A stretch of DNA of 56,201 nt from Myxococcota bacterium (GCA_036149055.1 JAYZQJ010000194.1:1-56201); one strand, 5' to 3'; numbered from the stretch's first letter, positions 20,073-29,627 are shown. The notes: a model not told the origin generated them from the sequence alone. Made by a program: numbers and translations.

Positions 20073-20267
20073 TCAGAAGACCGGCTCGGTGTCCTCGCCG
20101 TCGCGGCGACGTCGGATCGGCTCGAAGCCGTCGTGGCCCGGCTCGTCGAAGAAGTGCTCGACGAGGTCGGCGGTGGTCTCGGGGTCGGCGGGGAGCGTCC
20201 TCACCGGGACGTCCCGCGGGATCGCGTCCTTGCGCCCCAGCTTCCGGATGATGCGATCGAGCAGCAT
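20073..20267 (-). CDS. Small hypothetical protein (64 aa)
   Basis: GGAGGT RBS before MLLDRIIRKLGRK. Confidence 0.65.
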   Translation of the reverse strand: MLLDRIIRKLGRKDAIPRDVPVRTLPADPETTADLVEHFFDEPGHDGFEPIRRRRDGEDTEPVF

Positions 20268-20290
20268 GGCTACCTCCAGCCGCTTGAATC

Positions 20291-20306
20291 TGCACCCCGC
20301 GTGCCG
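20291..20306 (-). promoter_or_regulatory. Sigma54 (-24/-12) promoter
   Basis: CGGCAC-GCGGG-GTGCA about 24 nt upstream of the start at 20267. Confidence 0.6.
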
Positions 20307-20428
20307 CGGCCGGTGACGGGCCGGAGCGCGACCGCCGCCTGGGGCATCCCGCCGCCTCGCGACGCGCGTGCGACACTGCACGAGAGCTGCACAGCGCCTC
20401 GGCAGGGCTCGATCATGGTACCGTCGCC

Positions 20429-21757
20429 GTGATGGGGAGGGGCGGCGGGTGGCTCTTGGCGGCCCTGGCGATCGGGCTCGCGGGCTGTGACGGCGACGCG
20501 GTGCTCGTGGTCTCGCTGCGGACCGACTACGTGGTCGGGCTCGAGGTCGACCGCGCGACGACCGTGGTCGGCGACGGGCTCGCGACGGAGTCGATCGCGC
20601 TCGACCCGAGCGACGACCTGCTCGCGGGCCGCCGGATTGCGGAGCTGAGCGTGCCCGCGGGGCGGCGTCGGATCACGGTCGAGCTCTCCGGTCCGGGCGG
20701 CTTCGTCGCCCGCCGGGTGCTCGCGCTCGACGTGCAGACCGCGGCGGCGGTGACGGCGGTGATCACCCGGAGCTGCGCGGGCGTGGCGTGCCCGAGCGCG
20801 AGCGACGCGGCGGCGACGGAGTGTCTGGGCGGGGTCTGCGTCTCGCCGGAGTGCACGCCCGAGACGCCGGAGAGCTGCCCCGAGGATCGGTGTGAGGTCG
20901 ACGGCGACTGCGCGGGCGGCGGGCCGGCGTGCACGAGCCCCGCCTGCTTCGGCGGCGCCTGCGGGCTGCGGGTCGATCCGGGCGTCTGCGAGCCGGGGGT
21001 GTGCGACCCGGTCGAGGGCTGCGTCGGGGCCCCGCCGCCCGACGCGGGGACGGACGCGGGCGTCGTGATGGACGCCGGCCCTCCGCCCGTCGACGCGGGC
21101 AGCCCCTGCGCGCAGGGGTGCCCGGGCAGCTGCCGGGGTGAGACCTGCGTGCTCGACGGAAGCCCCGGCCAGACCGTCTGCCCCGCGGGCCTGGACTGCG
21201 AGCTCGCCTGCGACGGGTTCGGGGCCTGCGACAGCCGGCTGGTCTGCGGCGACGGCGTCTGCGTGGTCCACTGCGGAGGGAGCAACGCGTGCGCGGGCGG
21301 CGTCGACTGCGGCCGGGCGAGCCGCTGCGAGGTCACCTGCGACGGCCCGAACGCGTGCCGCCTCGGGGCGATCGAATGCGGCACCGGCGCCTGCGACGTG
21401 CGCTGCGAGAGCGACCAGAGCTGCACCGAGGTCGCGTGCGGCCCCGGCGGGTCGCAGGTCAGCTGCGTCGGCACCGGCGCCTGCCCGCAGGTCACCTGCA
21501 ACGAGGCCCGAGGGCGCCTGACCCTGAGCTGCACCGGCTTCGGCAGCTGCGCCGACGTCGACTGCGCTGGCCAGGAGTGCGACATCGACTGCGCGGACAA
21601 CACGTGCATGAGCGTCGACTGCGCCGGCGCCTGCGACTGCGACGTGACCTGCGCGCCCACCGGCTGCGGCTTCGGGGCGACCTGCTCGCCGGGCTGCGGC
21701 GCGGGGCGGGGCTGCATGAGCGACGGCACGGGCGCCTGCGGCTGCCCCGGCTCGTGA
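20429..21757 (+). CDS. Cys-rich lipoprotein, paralogue 1 of 3
   Basis: Lipobox LAGC; beta domain VLVVSLRTD; Cys-rich module; DAG linker; C-terminal CxxxCxGxxxC repeats. Confidence 0.85.
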   Translation: MMGRGGGWLLAALAIGLAGCDGDAVLVVSLRTDYVVGLEVDRATTVVGDGLATESIALDPSDDLLAGRRIAELSVPAGRRRITVELSGPGGFVARRVLALDVQTAAAVTAVITRSCAGVACPSASDAAATECLGGVCVSPECTPETPESCPEDRCEVDGDCAGGGPACTSPACFGGACGLRVDPGVCEPGVCDPVEGCVGAPPPDAGTDAGVVMDAGPPPVDAGSPCAQGCPGSCRGETCVLDGSPGQTVCPAGLDCELACDGFGACDSRLVCGDGVCVVHCGGSNACAGGVDCGRASRCEVTCDGPNACRLGAIECGTGACDVRCESDQSCTEVACGPGGSQVSCVGTGACPQVTCNEARGRLTLSCTGFGSCADVDCAGQECDIDCADNTCMSVDCAGACDCDVTCAPTGCGFGATCSPGCGAGRGCMSDGTGACGCPGS

Positions 21758-21794
21758 CCCGCGCCGTTCGGGGCGCGTGGTAGCCTCGCGCCGG

Positions 21795-23162
21795 ATGCGG
21801 AGAGTCTGGTGGGCGCTCGCGTTGCTCCTGCTCGCGGGCTGTGAAGGCGACGCGCTGCTCGTCGTGTCGCTGCGGACGGATCTGGTGGGCGGCCTCGAGG
21901 TCACCCGCGCCGCCACGGTGGTCGATGACGGCGCGGCGATGGAGAGCGCGAGCCTGGCCGCCGGTGAGGACCTGGTCGGCGGCCGCCGGATCGCCGAGCT
22001 CTCGGTGGCCCCCGGGCGGCGGCGGGTGACGGTGGAGCTGTCGGGGCCGGACGGCTTCGTGGCCCGGCGCACGCTGCTGGTGGACGTACGGGGCGCGACC
22101 GCGGTGACGGCGGTGATCACCCGGAGCTGCCGCGGGGTGATGTGCCCGGAGGCGAGCGACGCGGCGGCGACGGAGTGCCTGGGCGGGGTCTGCGTGCCGC
22201 CGGAGTGCACGCCGGAGACCCCCGAATTCTGTCCGGTCGCCGAGTGCGAGGCGGCGGCCGACTGCGCGTCCGGCCCGATGTGCACGGCGCCGGTCTGCCT
22301 CGGCGGGGCGTGCGGGCTGCGGGCCGACGCGAGCGCCTGCGAGGGCGGCGTCTGCGATCCGGACGAGGGCTGCGTGGACGGCCCGGCCCCCGACGCGGGC
22401 CCTCCGAGGGACGCGGGGCTGCCGGACAGTGGCCTGCCGGACGGTGGGCTCGGGGACAGTGGACCGACCGACAGTGGGCTCCCGGACACCGGCCCTCCCG
22501 ACGCGGGGCCCGATCCGGGGTGCGTGGCCGCCTGCCCGGGGCGCTGCGAGGGCGACCTCTGCGTGCTCGACGGGACGCCGGGGGAGACCGCCTGTCCGCC
22601 CGAGATCCCCTGCGAGTTCCGCTGCCTGGGCTTCACCAGCTGCAGCAGCGGCCTCACCTGCGCCGACGGCCCGTGCCGGTTCCGGTGCGAGGGGCCGGGC
22701 TCCTGCGCCGGCGAGCTCCTCTGCGGCTCGGCCTCGCGCTGCGACGTGACCTGCAGCGGGAGCGGGGCGTGCGACGGGGTGATCCGCTGCGGCTCCGGCC
22801 GGTGTGACGTGGACTGCGTCAACGACAACACCTGCCTCGAGGTCGGCTGCGGCGCGGCGCCGGCCGACATCGAGTGCTCCGCGCCCGGGGCGTGCAGCAC
22901 GGTGACCTGCCGGGCGCCCTCGCCCCGCCTCGACCTGCTCTGCATGGGGTTCGGGGCGTGCAACGACGTGACCTGCTCCGCCTCGGTGTGCGCGATCGAC
23001 TGCAGCGGGACCTCCTGCGGCTCGGTGAACTGCAGCGCCGCCTGCGACTGCGACGTGACCTGCGCCGGCCTCGGGACGTGCAGCAGCGTCGAGTGCCCGA
23101 CCGCCTGCGCCTCCGGGCGAGGCTGCCGGAGCGACGGGACCCCCGCCTGCGCTTGTCTCTGA
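21795..23162 (+). CDS. Cys-rich lipoprotein, paralogue 2 of 3
   Basis: MRRVWWALALLLLAGC; same architecture as paralogue 1. Confidence 0.85.
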   Translation: MRRVWWALALLLLAGCEGDALLVVSLRTDLVGGLEVTRAATVVDDGAAMESASLAAGEDLVGGRRIAELSVAPGRRRVTVELSGPDGFVARRTLLVDVRGATAVTAVITRSCRGVMCPEASDAAATECLGGVCVPPECTPETPEFCPVAECEAAADCASGPMCTAPVCLGGACGLRADASACEGGVCDPDEGCVDGPAPDAGPPRDAGLPDSGLPDGGLGDSGPTDSGLPDTGPPDAGPDPGCVAACPGRCEGDLCVLDGTPGETACPPEIPCEFRCLGFTSCSSGLTCADGPCRFRCEGPGSCAGELLCGSASRCDVTCSGSGACDGVIRCGSGRCDVDCVNDNTCLEVGCGAAPADIECSAPGACSTVTCRAPSPRLDLLCMGFGACNDVTCSASVCAIDCSGTSCGSVNCSAACDCDVTCAGLGTCSSVECPTACASGRGCRSDGTPACACL

Positions 23163-23186
23163 CCCCCCGTGGTAGCCTGAGGAGGC

Positions 23187-24563
23187 ATGCGGATGCGGCT
23201 CTGGTGCGCGCTGCTCCTGCTCTGTCTCGCCGGCTGCGAGTCGGAGGCGGTGCTCGTGGTCTCCCTGCGCACCGACCTCGTCGGCGGCCTGGAGGTGGAC
23301 CGCGCGGCCACGGTGGTGGACGACGGGACGATGGCGTCCACGCCGCTCTCGGCCGCCGACGACCTGATCGGCGGGCGCCGGGTCGCCGAGCTCTCCGTCG
23401 CCCCCGGGCGGCGCCGGGTGACGGTGGAGCTGTCCGGTCCGGGCGGCTTCGTGGCCCGGCGCGCGCTGCTGGTGGACGTGCAGGGCGCGACCGCGGTGAC
23501 GGCGGTGATCACCCGGAGCTGCCGCGGGGTGATGTGCCCGGAGGCGAGCGACGCGGCGGCGACCGAGTGCCTGGGCGGCGTCTGCGTGCCGCCGGAGTGC
23601 ACGCCGGAGACGCTCGAATTCTGTCCGGTCGCCGAGTGCGAGGCGGCGGCCGACTGCGCCTCCGGCCCGATGTGCACGGCGCCGGTCTGCCTCGGCGGGG
23701 CCTGCGGGCTGCGGGCCGACGCGAGCGCGTGCGAGGGCGGGGTGTGCGATCCGGACGAGGGCTGCGTGGACGCGCCGCCTCCCGACGCGGGCCTCCCGAT
23801 GGACGCCGGCCCGAGCGACGCGGGGCCCTCCGACGCGGGGCCGGTCGACGCAGGGCCGAGCGATGCCGGGCCGAGCGATGGAGGGCCGAGCGACGCCGGC
23901 CCGAGCGACGCGGGCCGGTCCGTGTGCGCGGGGGTGTGCCCCGGCACCTGCGAGGGCGAACTGTGCGTGCTGAACGGGGCGGCGGGGCAGCAGGTCTGTC
24001 CGAGCCGCGGCGTCGACTGCGAGTTCCGCTGCACCGGCTTCGGCAGCTGCGACGGCCCGCTCACCTGCGGCGCCGGTGACTGCACCGTGATCTGCAACGG
24101 CCCGAGCTCCTGCTCGGGAGACATCCGGTGCGGCGGCGCGGCCCGCTGCGACGTGCGCTGCACGAACTCGTCGACCTGCACCGGCGAGATCCTCTGCGGC
24201 GCCAACCGGTGCGATGTGGAGTGCTCACGAGAGAGCAGCTGCACCACCGTGCGCTGCGGGCCCGGGAGGGCGGACGTGTCGTGCACGGCGATGGCGACGT
24301 GCGGCGAGGTCCTCTGCCCGAGCGCCGCCCGCCTCGATCTCGTGTGCACCGGCTTCGGCGCCTGCGACGACGTCAGCTGCGGGGGCGCGGAGTGCGCGAT
24401 CGACTGCTCCGGCACCTCCTGCGCCACGGTCGCGTGCGCCCCCGCGTGCGACTGCGACGTCACCTGCACCGGCTTCTCGAGCTGCGGCACCGTGACCTGC
24501 CCCAGCGGGTGCGCCTCGGGCCGCGGCTGCATGAGCGACGGCACGCCCGCCTGCGGCTGCTGA
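23187..24563 (+). CDS. Cys-rich lipoprotein, paralogue 3 of 3
   Basis: MRMRLWCALLLLCLAGC; same architecture; SDAGP pentapeptide (15-bp) repeats at about 23800-23916. Confidence 0.85.
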   Translation: MRMRLWCALLLLCLAGCESEAVLVVSLRTDLVGGLEVDRAATVVDDGTMASTPLSAADDLIGGRRVAELSVAPGRRRVTVELSGPGGFVARRALLVDVQGATAVTAVITRSCRGVMCPEASDAAATECLGGVCVPPECTPETLEFCPVAECEAAADCASGPMCTAPVCLGGACGLRADASACEGGVCDPDEGCVDAPPPDAGLPMDAGPSDAGPSDAGPVDAGPSDAGPSDGGPSDAGPSDAGRSVCAGVCPGTCEGELCVLNGAAGQQVCPSRGVDCEFRCTGFGSCDGPLTCGAGDCTVICNGPSSCSGDIRCGGAARCDVRCTNSSTCTGEILCGANRCDVECSRESSCTTVRCGPGRADVSCTAMATCGEVLCPSAARLDLVCTGFGACDDVSCGGAECAIDCSGTSCATVACAPACDCDVTCTGFSSCGTVTCPSGCASGRGCMSDGTPACGC

Positions 24564-24574
24564 TCGCTGCGAGA

Positions 24575-25030
24575 TCAGTGGGCCTGGCAGGGGCGGTGCG
24601 CGACGCGCTCGCCAACGGGGGGCGGGCCTCCGGGGCTGAGCGGCAGGTCCATCGAGCGGCGCATGGCCTGGAGCTCGTCGGCGAAGGGCCGCGGGAGGTG
24701 ATAGCGCGTCGGCTCTCGCTCGACCTTCGGCCCGAGGGGCACGATGTGGCAGCGGCCGATGGGGCTGCAGATCACGGCGACGCGGTGGGCCCCGCGCTGC
24801 GCCGTCTCGGGGTCCTGGAAGTGGGCGCAGACGCCGACCCGGCGCTGCTCGGGCTGCAGGAGCGCGATCTCGTAGCCGCGCAGGCGCAGCGTCCAGACGA
24901 GGTGCGCGAAGTAGGTGTCCGGGTCGACTCCCCCCGAGCTGGCCACCAGCTGCGGCTGGGTGGTGATCGTCGAGGCGCAGCCTCCCGCGCAGAGCGCGGC
25001 GACGAGGAGCCAGGCGGCGCTACGGGTCAA
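24575..25030 (-). CDS. Lipoprotein, hypothetical
   Basis: Lipobox CAGGC; overlaps the stop of the upstream gene. Confidence 0.6.
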   Translation of the reverse strand: MTRSAAWLLVAALCAGGCASTITTQPQLVASSGGVDPDTYFAHLVWTLRLRGYEIALLQPEQRRVGVCAHFQDPETAQRGAHRVAVICSPIGRCHIVPLGPKVEREPTRYHLPRPFADELQAMRRSMDLPLSPGGPPPVGERVAHRPCQAH

Positions 25031-25985
25031 AGCGTGGGCTCCCGTCCCAGGTGGCGTTCTGGATCGCGCCGGCGACGAGCACGATGAGCCCGACGATCAG
25101 CAGGAGGCCGCAGGTGATGGCGCCGAAGGGCATGAGGATCGCCCCGATCTCGACCTCCTCGTCTCCCGGCGAGGCCCAGCGCGCCGACCAGATGCGGTCG
25201 TGATCGTCGAGGAACTGCGCCCACTCGACGTCGGGATCGGGCAGGGGCAAGGGCGGCGCGCGCCCGGGCGCGGTCAGGCCGTGGCCCGCGCCCTCGATCT
25301 GGTTCCAGATGGCGCTCATCAGGGCCCCGGCGCTCGGCGTCGCCTGGAGCCCGGCCCGGGCGGAGACCTGCTCGACCTTGCCGACGCAGTCGTCGATGAC
25401 CGCGCTCGCCGACTGCCGCCGCATGCGCGCGTCGACGTCGCGCACCGCCAGCCGCAGCTTGGCGCGCCCCGCGTGACTCGTGCCCAGCTCGGCCGCGTGC
25501 GCGTCGACCCAGGCGGCCACGTCGGACGGCAGCGACGGATCCGCCCGGAGCTCGGCGTCGAGGCCGCGCCGCGCCCGCGGGGGCATGCTCCGGAGCAAGG
25601 CCTGGTGCACGTCGGAGGTCCGGGCGAGGACCGGGAGCTCGCGGCGCAGCCGGGCCTCGAGCGCCGCCGGCAGGCGCGGCGCCCGGTGCACGCTCTGGGC
25701 GACGTCGGCGATGACGAAGCTCTCGAGCGTGTGCCGCAGCACGTCCTCGGCGAGCTGGGGGCGCGCCATCCCGTGGAGCTCGCGCGCGACGTGACCCCGC
25801 GGCACGTCCCGCACCCGGCCGAGCCCCCGCTCGAGCCGCTCGAGGAGCGCCCGGCCGTCGGCGGCGCCCAGCATGCCCGGCGCGGCCCCGCAGCCGGCGA
25901 GCGAGGGCGCGGCCGCGAGCGCCCCGGTCACCAGCGAGCGGCGCAAGAAGGCGCGTCGATCGAGCGCTTCGGGCGGTCCGGTCAC
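25020..25985 (-). CDS. Tat-signal lipoprotein with C-terminal hydrophobic helices
   Basis: LDRRAFL twin-Arg motif, lipobox LAGC, C-terminal IGAILMPFGAITCGLLLIVGLIVLVAGAI. Confidence 0.7.
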   Translation of the reverse strand: MTGPPEALDRRAFLRRSLVTGALAAAPSLAGCGAAPGMLGAADGRALLERLERGLGRVRDVPRGHVARELHGMARPQLAEDVLRHTLESFVIADVAQSVHRAPRLPAALEARLRRELPVLARTSDVHQALLRSMPPRARRGLDAELRADPSLPSDVAAWVDAHAAELGTSHAGRAKLRLAVRDVDARMRRQSASAVIDDCVGKVEQVSARAGLQATPSAGALMSAIWNQIEGAGHGLTAPGRAPPLPLPDPDVEWAQFLDDHDRIWSARWASPGDEEVEIGAILMPFGAITCGLLLIVGLIVLVAGAIQNATWDGSPRFDP

Positions 25986-26087
25986 GGCGCCGCATTGTGC
26001 AAGTCACGAGCCACCCCCGTCCAGCCGCGTCGTGCGGCTCGCGAGGTGTCGCGAACCGTGCCGCCGGCTGCACGGCGTGACGCGCGC

Positions 26088-29000
26088 TCACGGAATCTCG
26101 ACGTCGCGGAGGAGCGCCTCGAGCTTCCGGCGGTTCATCGGTTTGACGACGTGACCGTCGAACCCGTGCTCGAGGGGGTCGCGCGAGAGCTGCGCCCGCG
26201 CCCAGCCGGTGAGCGCGACCACGTGGGGCCGATCGCCGCCGGGCAGCGCGCGGATGCGCCGGCAGGCCTCGAAGCCGTCGACCTCGGGCATGCCGAGATC
26301 CATGAGGATCAGATCCGGCATCCGCGCCTCCGCCGCCGCGACCGCCTCGGCGCCGCCGTGCGCGACGTGGGTCCCGCAGCGCATGCGCTCGAGCAGCATG
26401 GACAGGCTGAGGGCGGCGTCGGCGTTGTCGTCCACGACGAGCACGGCGAGCCCGGTCGGCGCCTCGCGCCTCGGCGCCTCCGCCGCGTCCTCGGGGGGCG
26501 CGGAGCGCGGGAGGCGCACGGTGAAGGTGCTGCCGTGGCCCAGCCCCTCGCTCTCGACCTCGACCGCGCCGCCGTGCAGGTCGACGAGGCTCCGCACGAG
26601 GGCGAGGCCGATGCCCAGGCCGCACATGGAGCGCTCCGGCCCGTGCACCTGCCCGAACATCTCGAAGGCGTGCTCCACCTGCTCCGGAGCGAGCCCGAGG
26701 CCGTCGTCCTGCACCTGCACGACCGCGTCGTCGCCCAGGGCGGCGAGCCGCGCGGTGACGTGCCCGCCCGGGTCGGTGTAGGTGGCGGCGTTGGTCAGCA
26801 GGTTCGCGATGACCTGCGCGAGCCGCGCCTCGTCGCCGTCGACCCAGACCGGCTCCTCCGCGCGCTCGACCGTCAGCGCGTGGCCCGCCCGGGCGATGGT
26901 CTCGCGCGTCGCCTCGAGCGCGCTGTCGAACGCGACGCGGAGGTCGAAGCGCGCGCGCCGCAGCTCGATCTTGCCGCGGCCGATGCGGCTCACGTCGAGC
27001 AGGTCGTCCACCAGCCGGACCAGCTGCGCGAGCTGCCGCTGCATGATCGCGAGGGGGCGCGTCAGCGCGGCGTCGTCGGCGACGGCCATCTCCAGGATCT
27101 CGAGGCCGCTGCGGATCGGCGCCAGGGGGTTGCGGAGCTCGTGGGCGAGCGTGGCGAGGAAGTCGTCCTTGCGTCGATCCGCCTCGGCGATCGCCTCGAC
27201 CTTCTCGCGGCGCGCCCTGGCGAGGGCCTGGCTCCCGCTCACCCGCGCGACGAGCTCCCGCGCGCTGAAGGGCTTGACCAGGTAGTCGTCGGCGCCGGCC
27301 TCGAGCCCCTCCACGCGGGCCTCCTCTCCGGCGCGCGCGCTCAGGAGCAGCACGGGCGTCGAGGCGAGGCGCGGCACCTCGCGCAGCCGCCGCAGGAGGC
27401 CGAGGCCGTCGAGCTTCGGCATCATCACGTCGCTGAGGACGAGGTCGGGCTCCAGGGCGAGGGCGCGCTCGAGCGCCGCCTCTCCGTCCGCCACCGTCAC
27501 CACGTCGTGGAACGGCGCGAGCAGCCGCGCGAGGTACTCCCGCATGTCGGCGTTGTCGTCGGCGACGAGCACGCAGGCGCGCTGCTCGTCGGGGCCCACG
27601 CGCGAGGGCAGGGTGGGCTCGTCGAGGGTCCGCTCGGGCTGGGTCGGCGGCTCGGGCAGCCACCGCAGCGCCTCCTCGACGAAGGGCGCCGCGCCGAGCG
27701 CCGTCGACACCCGCTCGCCCCGCTCCTCCACCTGCCCCGCCGGCAGGTGCGCGTGGCCTTTGGGGATGCGCACGGTGAAGGTGCTCCCGCGGTCGACCTC
27801 GCTCTCGACCGTGACGTGCCCGTGGTGCAGCTTCACCAGCTCGTGCACGAGCGCGAGCCCGATGCCCGAGCCCTCGTGGGTGCGGCCGCGCGCGCCCTCG
27901 ACGCGATGGAAGCGCTGGAACAGCGCCGGCAGATCGTCGTCGGCGATGCCGGTGCCGGTGTCGCGCACCCGGAGCACCGCGTGCTCGTCCTCCTCGTCGA
28001 GGGTGACCGTGATGCTCCCCTCGAAGGTGAACTTGAAGGCGTTCGAGAGGAGGTTGAGCACGATCTTCTCCCACATGTCGCGGTCGATGTAGATCGGCTC
28101 GCGGAGGGGAGGGCATCGCACGTCGAAGGTCAGGCCGGCCTTCTCGATCGCGGCGCGGAAGACGCTCGCGAGCTCGGCGGTGAGCCGGGCGATCGGGGTG
28201 GGCTCGAAGCGCGCCTGGACCCGGCCCGCCTCGATCCGCGAGAAGTCGAGCAGCGTGTTGACGAGCTTGAGGAGGCGCTGGCCGTTGCGGTGGATCACCT
28301 CGAGCATCGCGCGGTCGTCGGCCGGCAGGTCGCGCGCGAGGAGATCCTCGGTCGGCGAGAGCATCAGCGTCAGCGGCGTCCGGAGCTCGTGGCTGACGTT
28401 GGAGAAGAACGTGGTCTTGGCGCGGTCGAGCTCGGCCAGCGCCTCCGCGCGCCGGCGCTCCTCCTCGGCCGCCCGGGCGGTGGAGATCGACGAGGCGAGC
28501 TGGCGCGCGACCAGCGCGAGGAAGTCCCGGTAGGGCTCGTCCGCGGCGAGCCGCGCGCTCGCCCCGAGCACGACCACGCCCGCCGGCCGCTCGCTCCCGC
28601 GGCTCACCAGCGGCAGGAGGGTCGCCGAGGACGGGGGCTCGGGCCACGGGCCCGCCGGCACCTCGGGGAGGCGCTCGGCCAGGCCCTCGACCACGACCGG
28701 CTGGAGCTCGCGCATCGCCTCGTCCAGCGGCCACGCGGCGCGCGCCTCTCGGTCTCCCCGCGGGCTGTAGGGGCGACCCGGCTCGGCGCCCGAACACGCC
28801 GCGAGGCGGAGGCCCTCGTCGGGCGTGTCGAGATAGAGGAGCGAGAAGGGCACGTCGGCGAGGTTCTGGCCGAGCACGTCGGCGGATCGGCGGCAGGCGT
28901 CGTCGACGTTGCGCGCCTCGAGCGGGCTCGCGGCCAGGTCGCGGAGCGTGCGCAGCCGCCGCTCACCGATCACCTTCTCCGTGGTCTCGGTGCAGGCGCA

Positions 29001-29435
29001 GAACAGCCCGCCGATCCCGCCGCTCTCGTCGCGGATGGGGCTGTAGGAGAAGGTGAAGTAGGTCTCCTCCGGGAAGCCGCGCCGCTCCATGACGAGCAGG
29101 AGGTCGTCCGAGAAGGTCGCCTCGCCGTGCTGCACGACGCGGTCGACCATCGGCCCGATGGTGTCCCAGATCTCGGCCCAGATCTCGCGCCCCGGCCGCC
29201 CCATCGCCCACGGATGTTTGGCGCCGAGGATGGGCGCGTAGCTGTCGTTGTAGAGCTGGACCGCCTCCGGCCCCCAGAAGGTGAACATCGGGTAGCGCGA
29301 GTTGAGCAGGATGCTCACCGCGGTCCGCAGGCTCTGCGGCCACCCCTCCCGCGGCCCGAGCGGGGACTCGTCCCAGGCCATCGCCCGGAGCAACGCGCCC
29401 GCCTCACCGCCCCCCGCCAGGAAGTCCACGCTCAC
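26088..29435 (-). CDS. Cytoplasmic hybrid histidine kinase (PAS-GAF-HK-REC-HK-REC)
   Basis: Two H-boxes (SHELRTPL, AHELRNPL), two HATPase domains and two receiver domains (SDVMMP, MDLGMP). Confidence 0.92.
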   Translation of the reverse strand: MSVDFLAGGGEAGALLRAMAWDESPLGPREGWPQSLRTAVSILLNSRYPMFTFWGPEAVQLYNDSYAPILGAKHPWAMGRPGREIWAEIWDTIGPMVDRVVQHGEATFSDDLLLVMERRGFPEETYFTFSYSPIRDESGGIGGLFCACTETTEKVIGERRLRTLRDLAASPLEARNVDDACRRSADVLGQNLADVPFSLLYLDTPDEGLRLAACSGAEPGRPYSPRGDREARAAWPLDEAMRELQPVVVEGLAERLPEVPAGPWPEPPSSATLLPLVSRGSERPAGVVVLGASARLAADEPYRDFLALVARQLASSISTARAAEEERRRAEALAELDRAKTTFFSNVSHELRTPLTLMLSPTEDLLARDLPADDRAMLEVIHRNGQRLLKLVNTLLDFSRIEAGRVQARFEPTPIARLTAELASVFRAAIEKAGLTFDVRCPPLREPIYIDRDMWEKIVLNLLSNAFKFTFEGSITVTLDEEDEHAVLRVRDTGTGIADDDLPALFQRFHRVEGARGRTHEGSGIGLALVHELVKLHHGHVTVESEVDRGSTFTVRIPKGHAHLPAGQVEERGERVSTALGAAPFVEEALRWLPEPPTQPERTLDEPTLPSRVGPDEQRACVLVADDNADMREYLARLLAPFHDVVTVADGEAALERALALEPDLVLSDVMMPKLDGLGLLRRLREVPRLASTPVLLLSARAGEEARVEGLEAGADDYLVKPFSARELVARVSGSQALARARREKVEAIAEADRRKDDFLATLAHELRNPLAPIRSGLEILEMAVADDAALTRPLAIMQRQLAQLVRLVDDLLDVSRIGRGKIELRRARFDLRVAFDSALEATRETIARAGHALTVERAEEPVWVDGDEARLAQVIANLLTNAATYTDPGGHVTARLAALGDDAVVQVQDDGLGLAPEQVEHAFEMFGQVHGPERSMCGLGIGLALVRSLVDLHGGAVEVESEGLGHGSTFTVRLPRSAPPEDAAEAPRREAPTGLAVLVVDDNADAALSLSMLLERMRCGTHVAHGGAEAVAAAEARMPDLILMDLGMPEVDGFEACRRIRALPGGDRPHVVALTGWARAQLSRDPLEHGFDGHVVKPMNRRKLEALLRDVEIP

Positions 29436-29503
29436 GACGTTCCCCCACGGGACATTCTAGCCTCGGCCGAGGCGCCGCGGACGGAATGAGGTGGACGGAA
29501 ATG

Positions 29504-29528
29504 AAAAAGCCGGCCCGAAGGCCGGCTT
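29504..29528 (-). terminator. Intrinsic terminator after tRNA-Leu
   Basis: AAGCCGGCC-TTCG-GGCCGGCTT followed by T-tract on the minus strand. Confidence 0.85.
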
Positions 29529-29531
29529 GGT

Positions 29532-29615
29532 TGCGGAAGAGAGGACTCGAACCTCCACGGATTTTACTCCACCAGATCCTTAGTCTGGCGCGTCTGCCAG
29601 TTCCGCCACTTCCGC
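29532..29615 (-). tRNA. tRNA-Leu, anticodon AAG
   Basis: GCGGAAG/CTTCCGC acceptor, discriminator A, long variable arm, anticodon arm CCAGA-CTAAGGA-TCTGG, T arm GGAGG-TTCGAGT-CCTCT. Confidence 0.95.
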
Positions 29616-29627
29616 GTGGGGCGAGCG

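Noticed and set aside
24915..29489. Very long alternative ORFs (e.g. 24915..29489 +, 20270..24544 -, 13848..16691 +, 1836..4961 +)
   Set aside because: Shadow or off-frame ORFs of real high-GC genes; Arg/Ala/Pro-rich and without family motifs.
29577..29583. Reading the tRNA-Leu anticodon as TAA or TAG
   Set aside because: The 5-bp stem CCAGA/TCTGG fixes a 7-nt loop CTAAGGA, placing AAG at positions 34-36 with U33 and G37.
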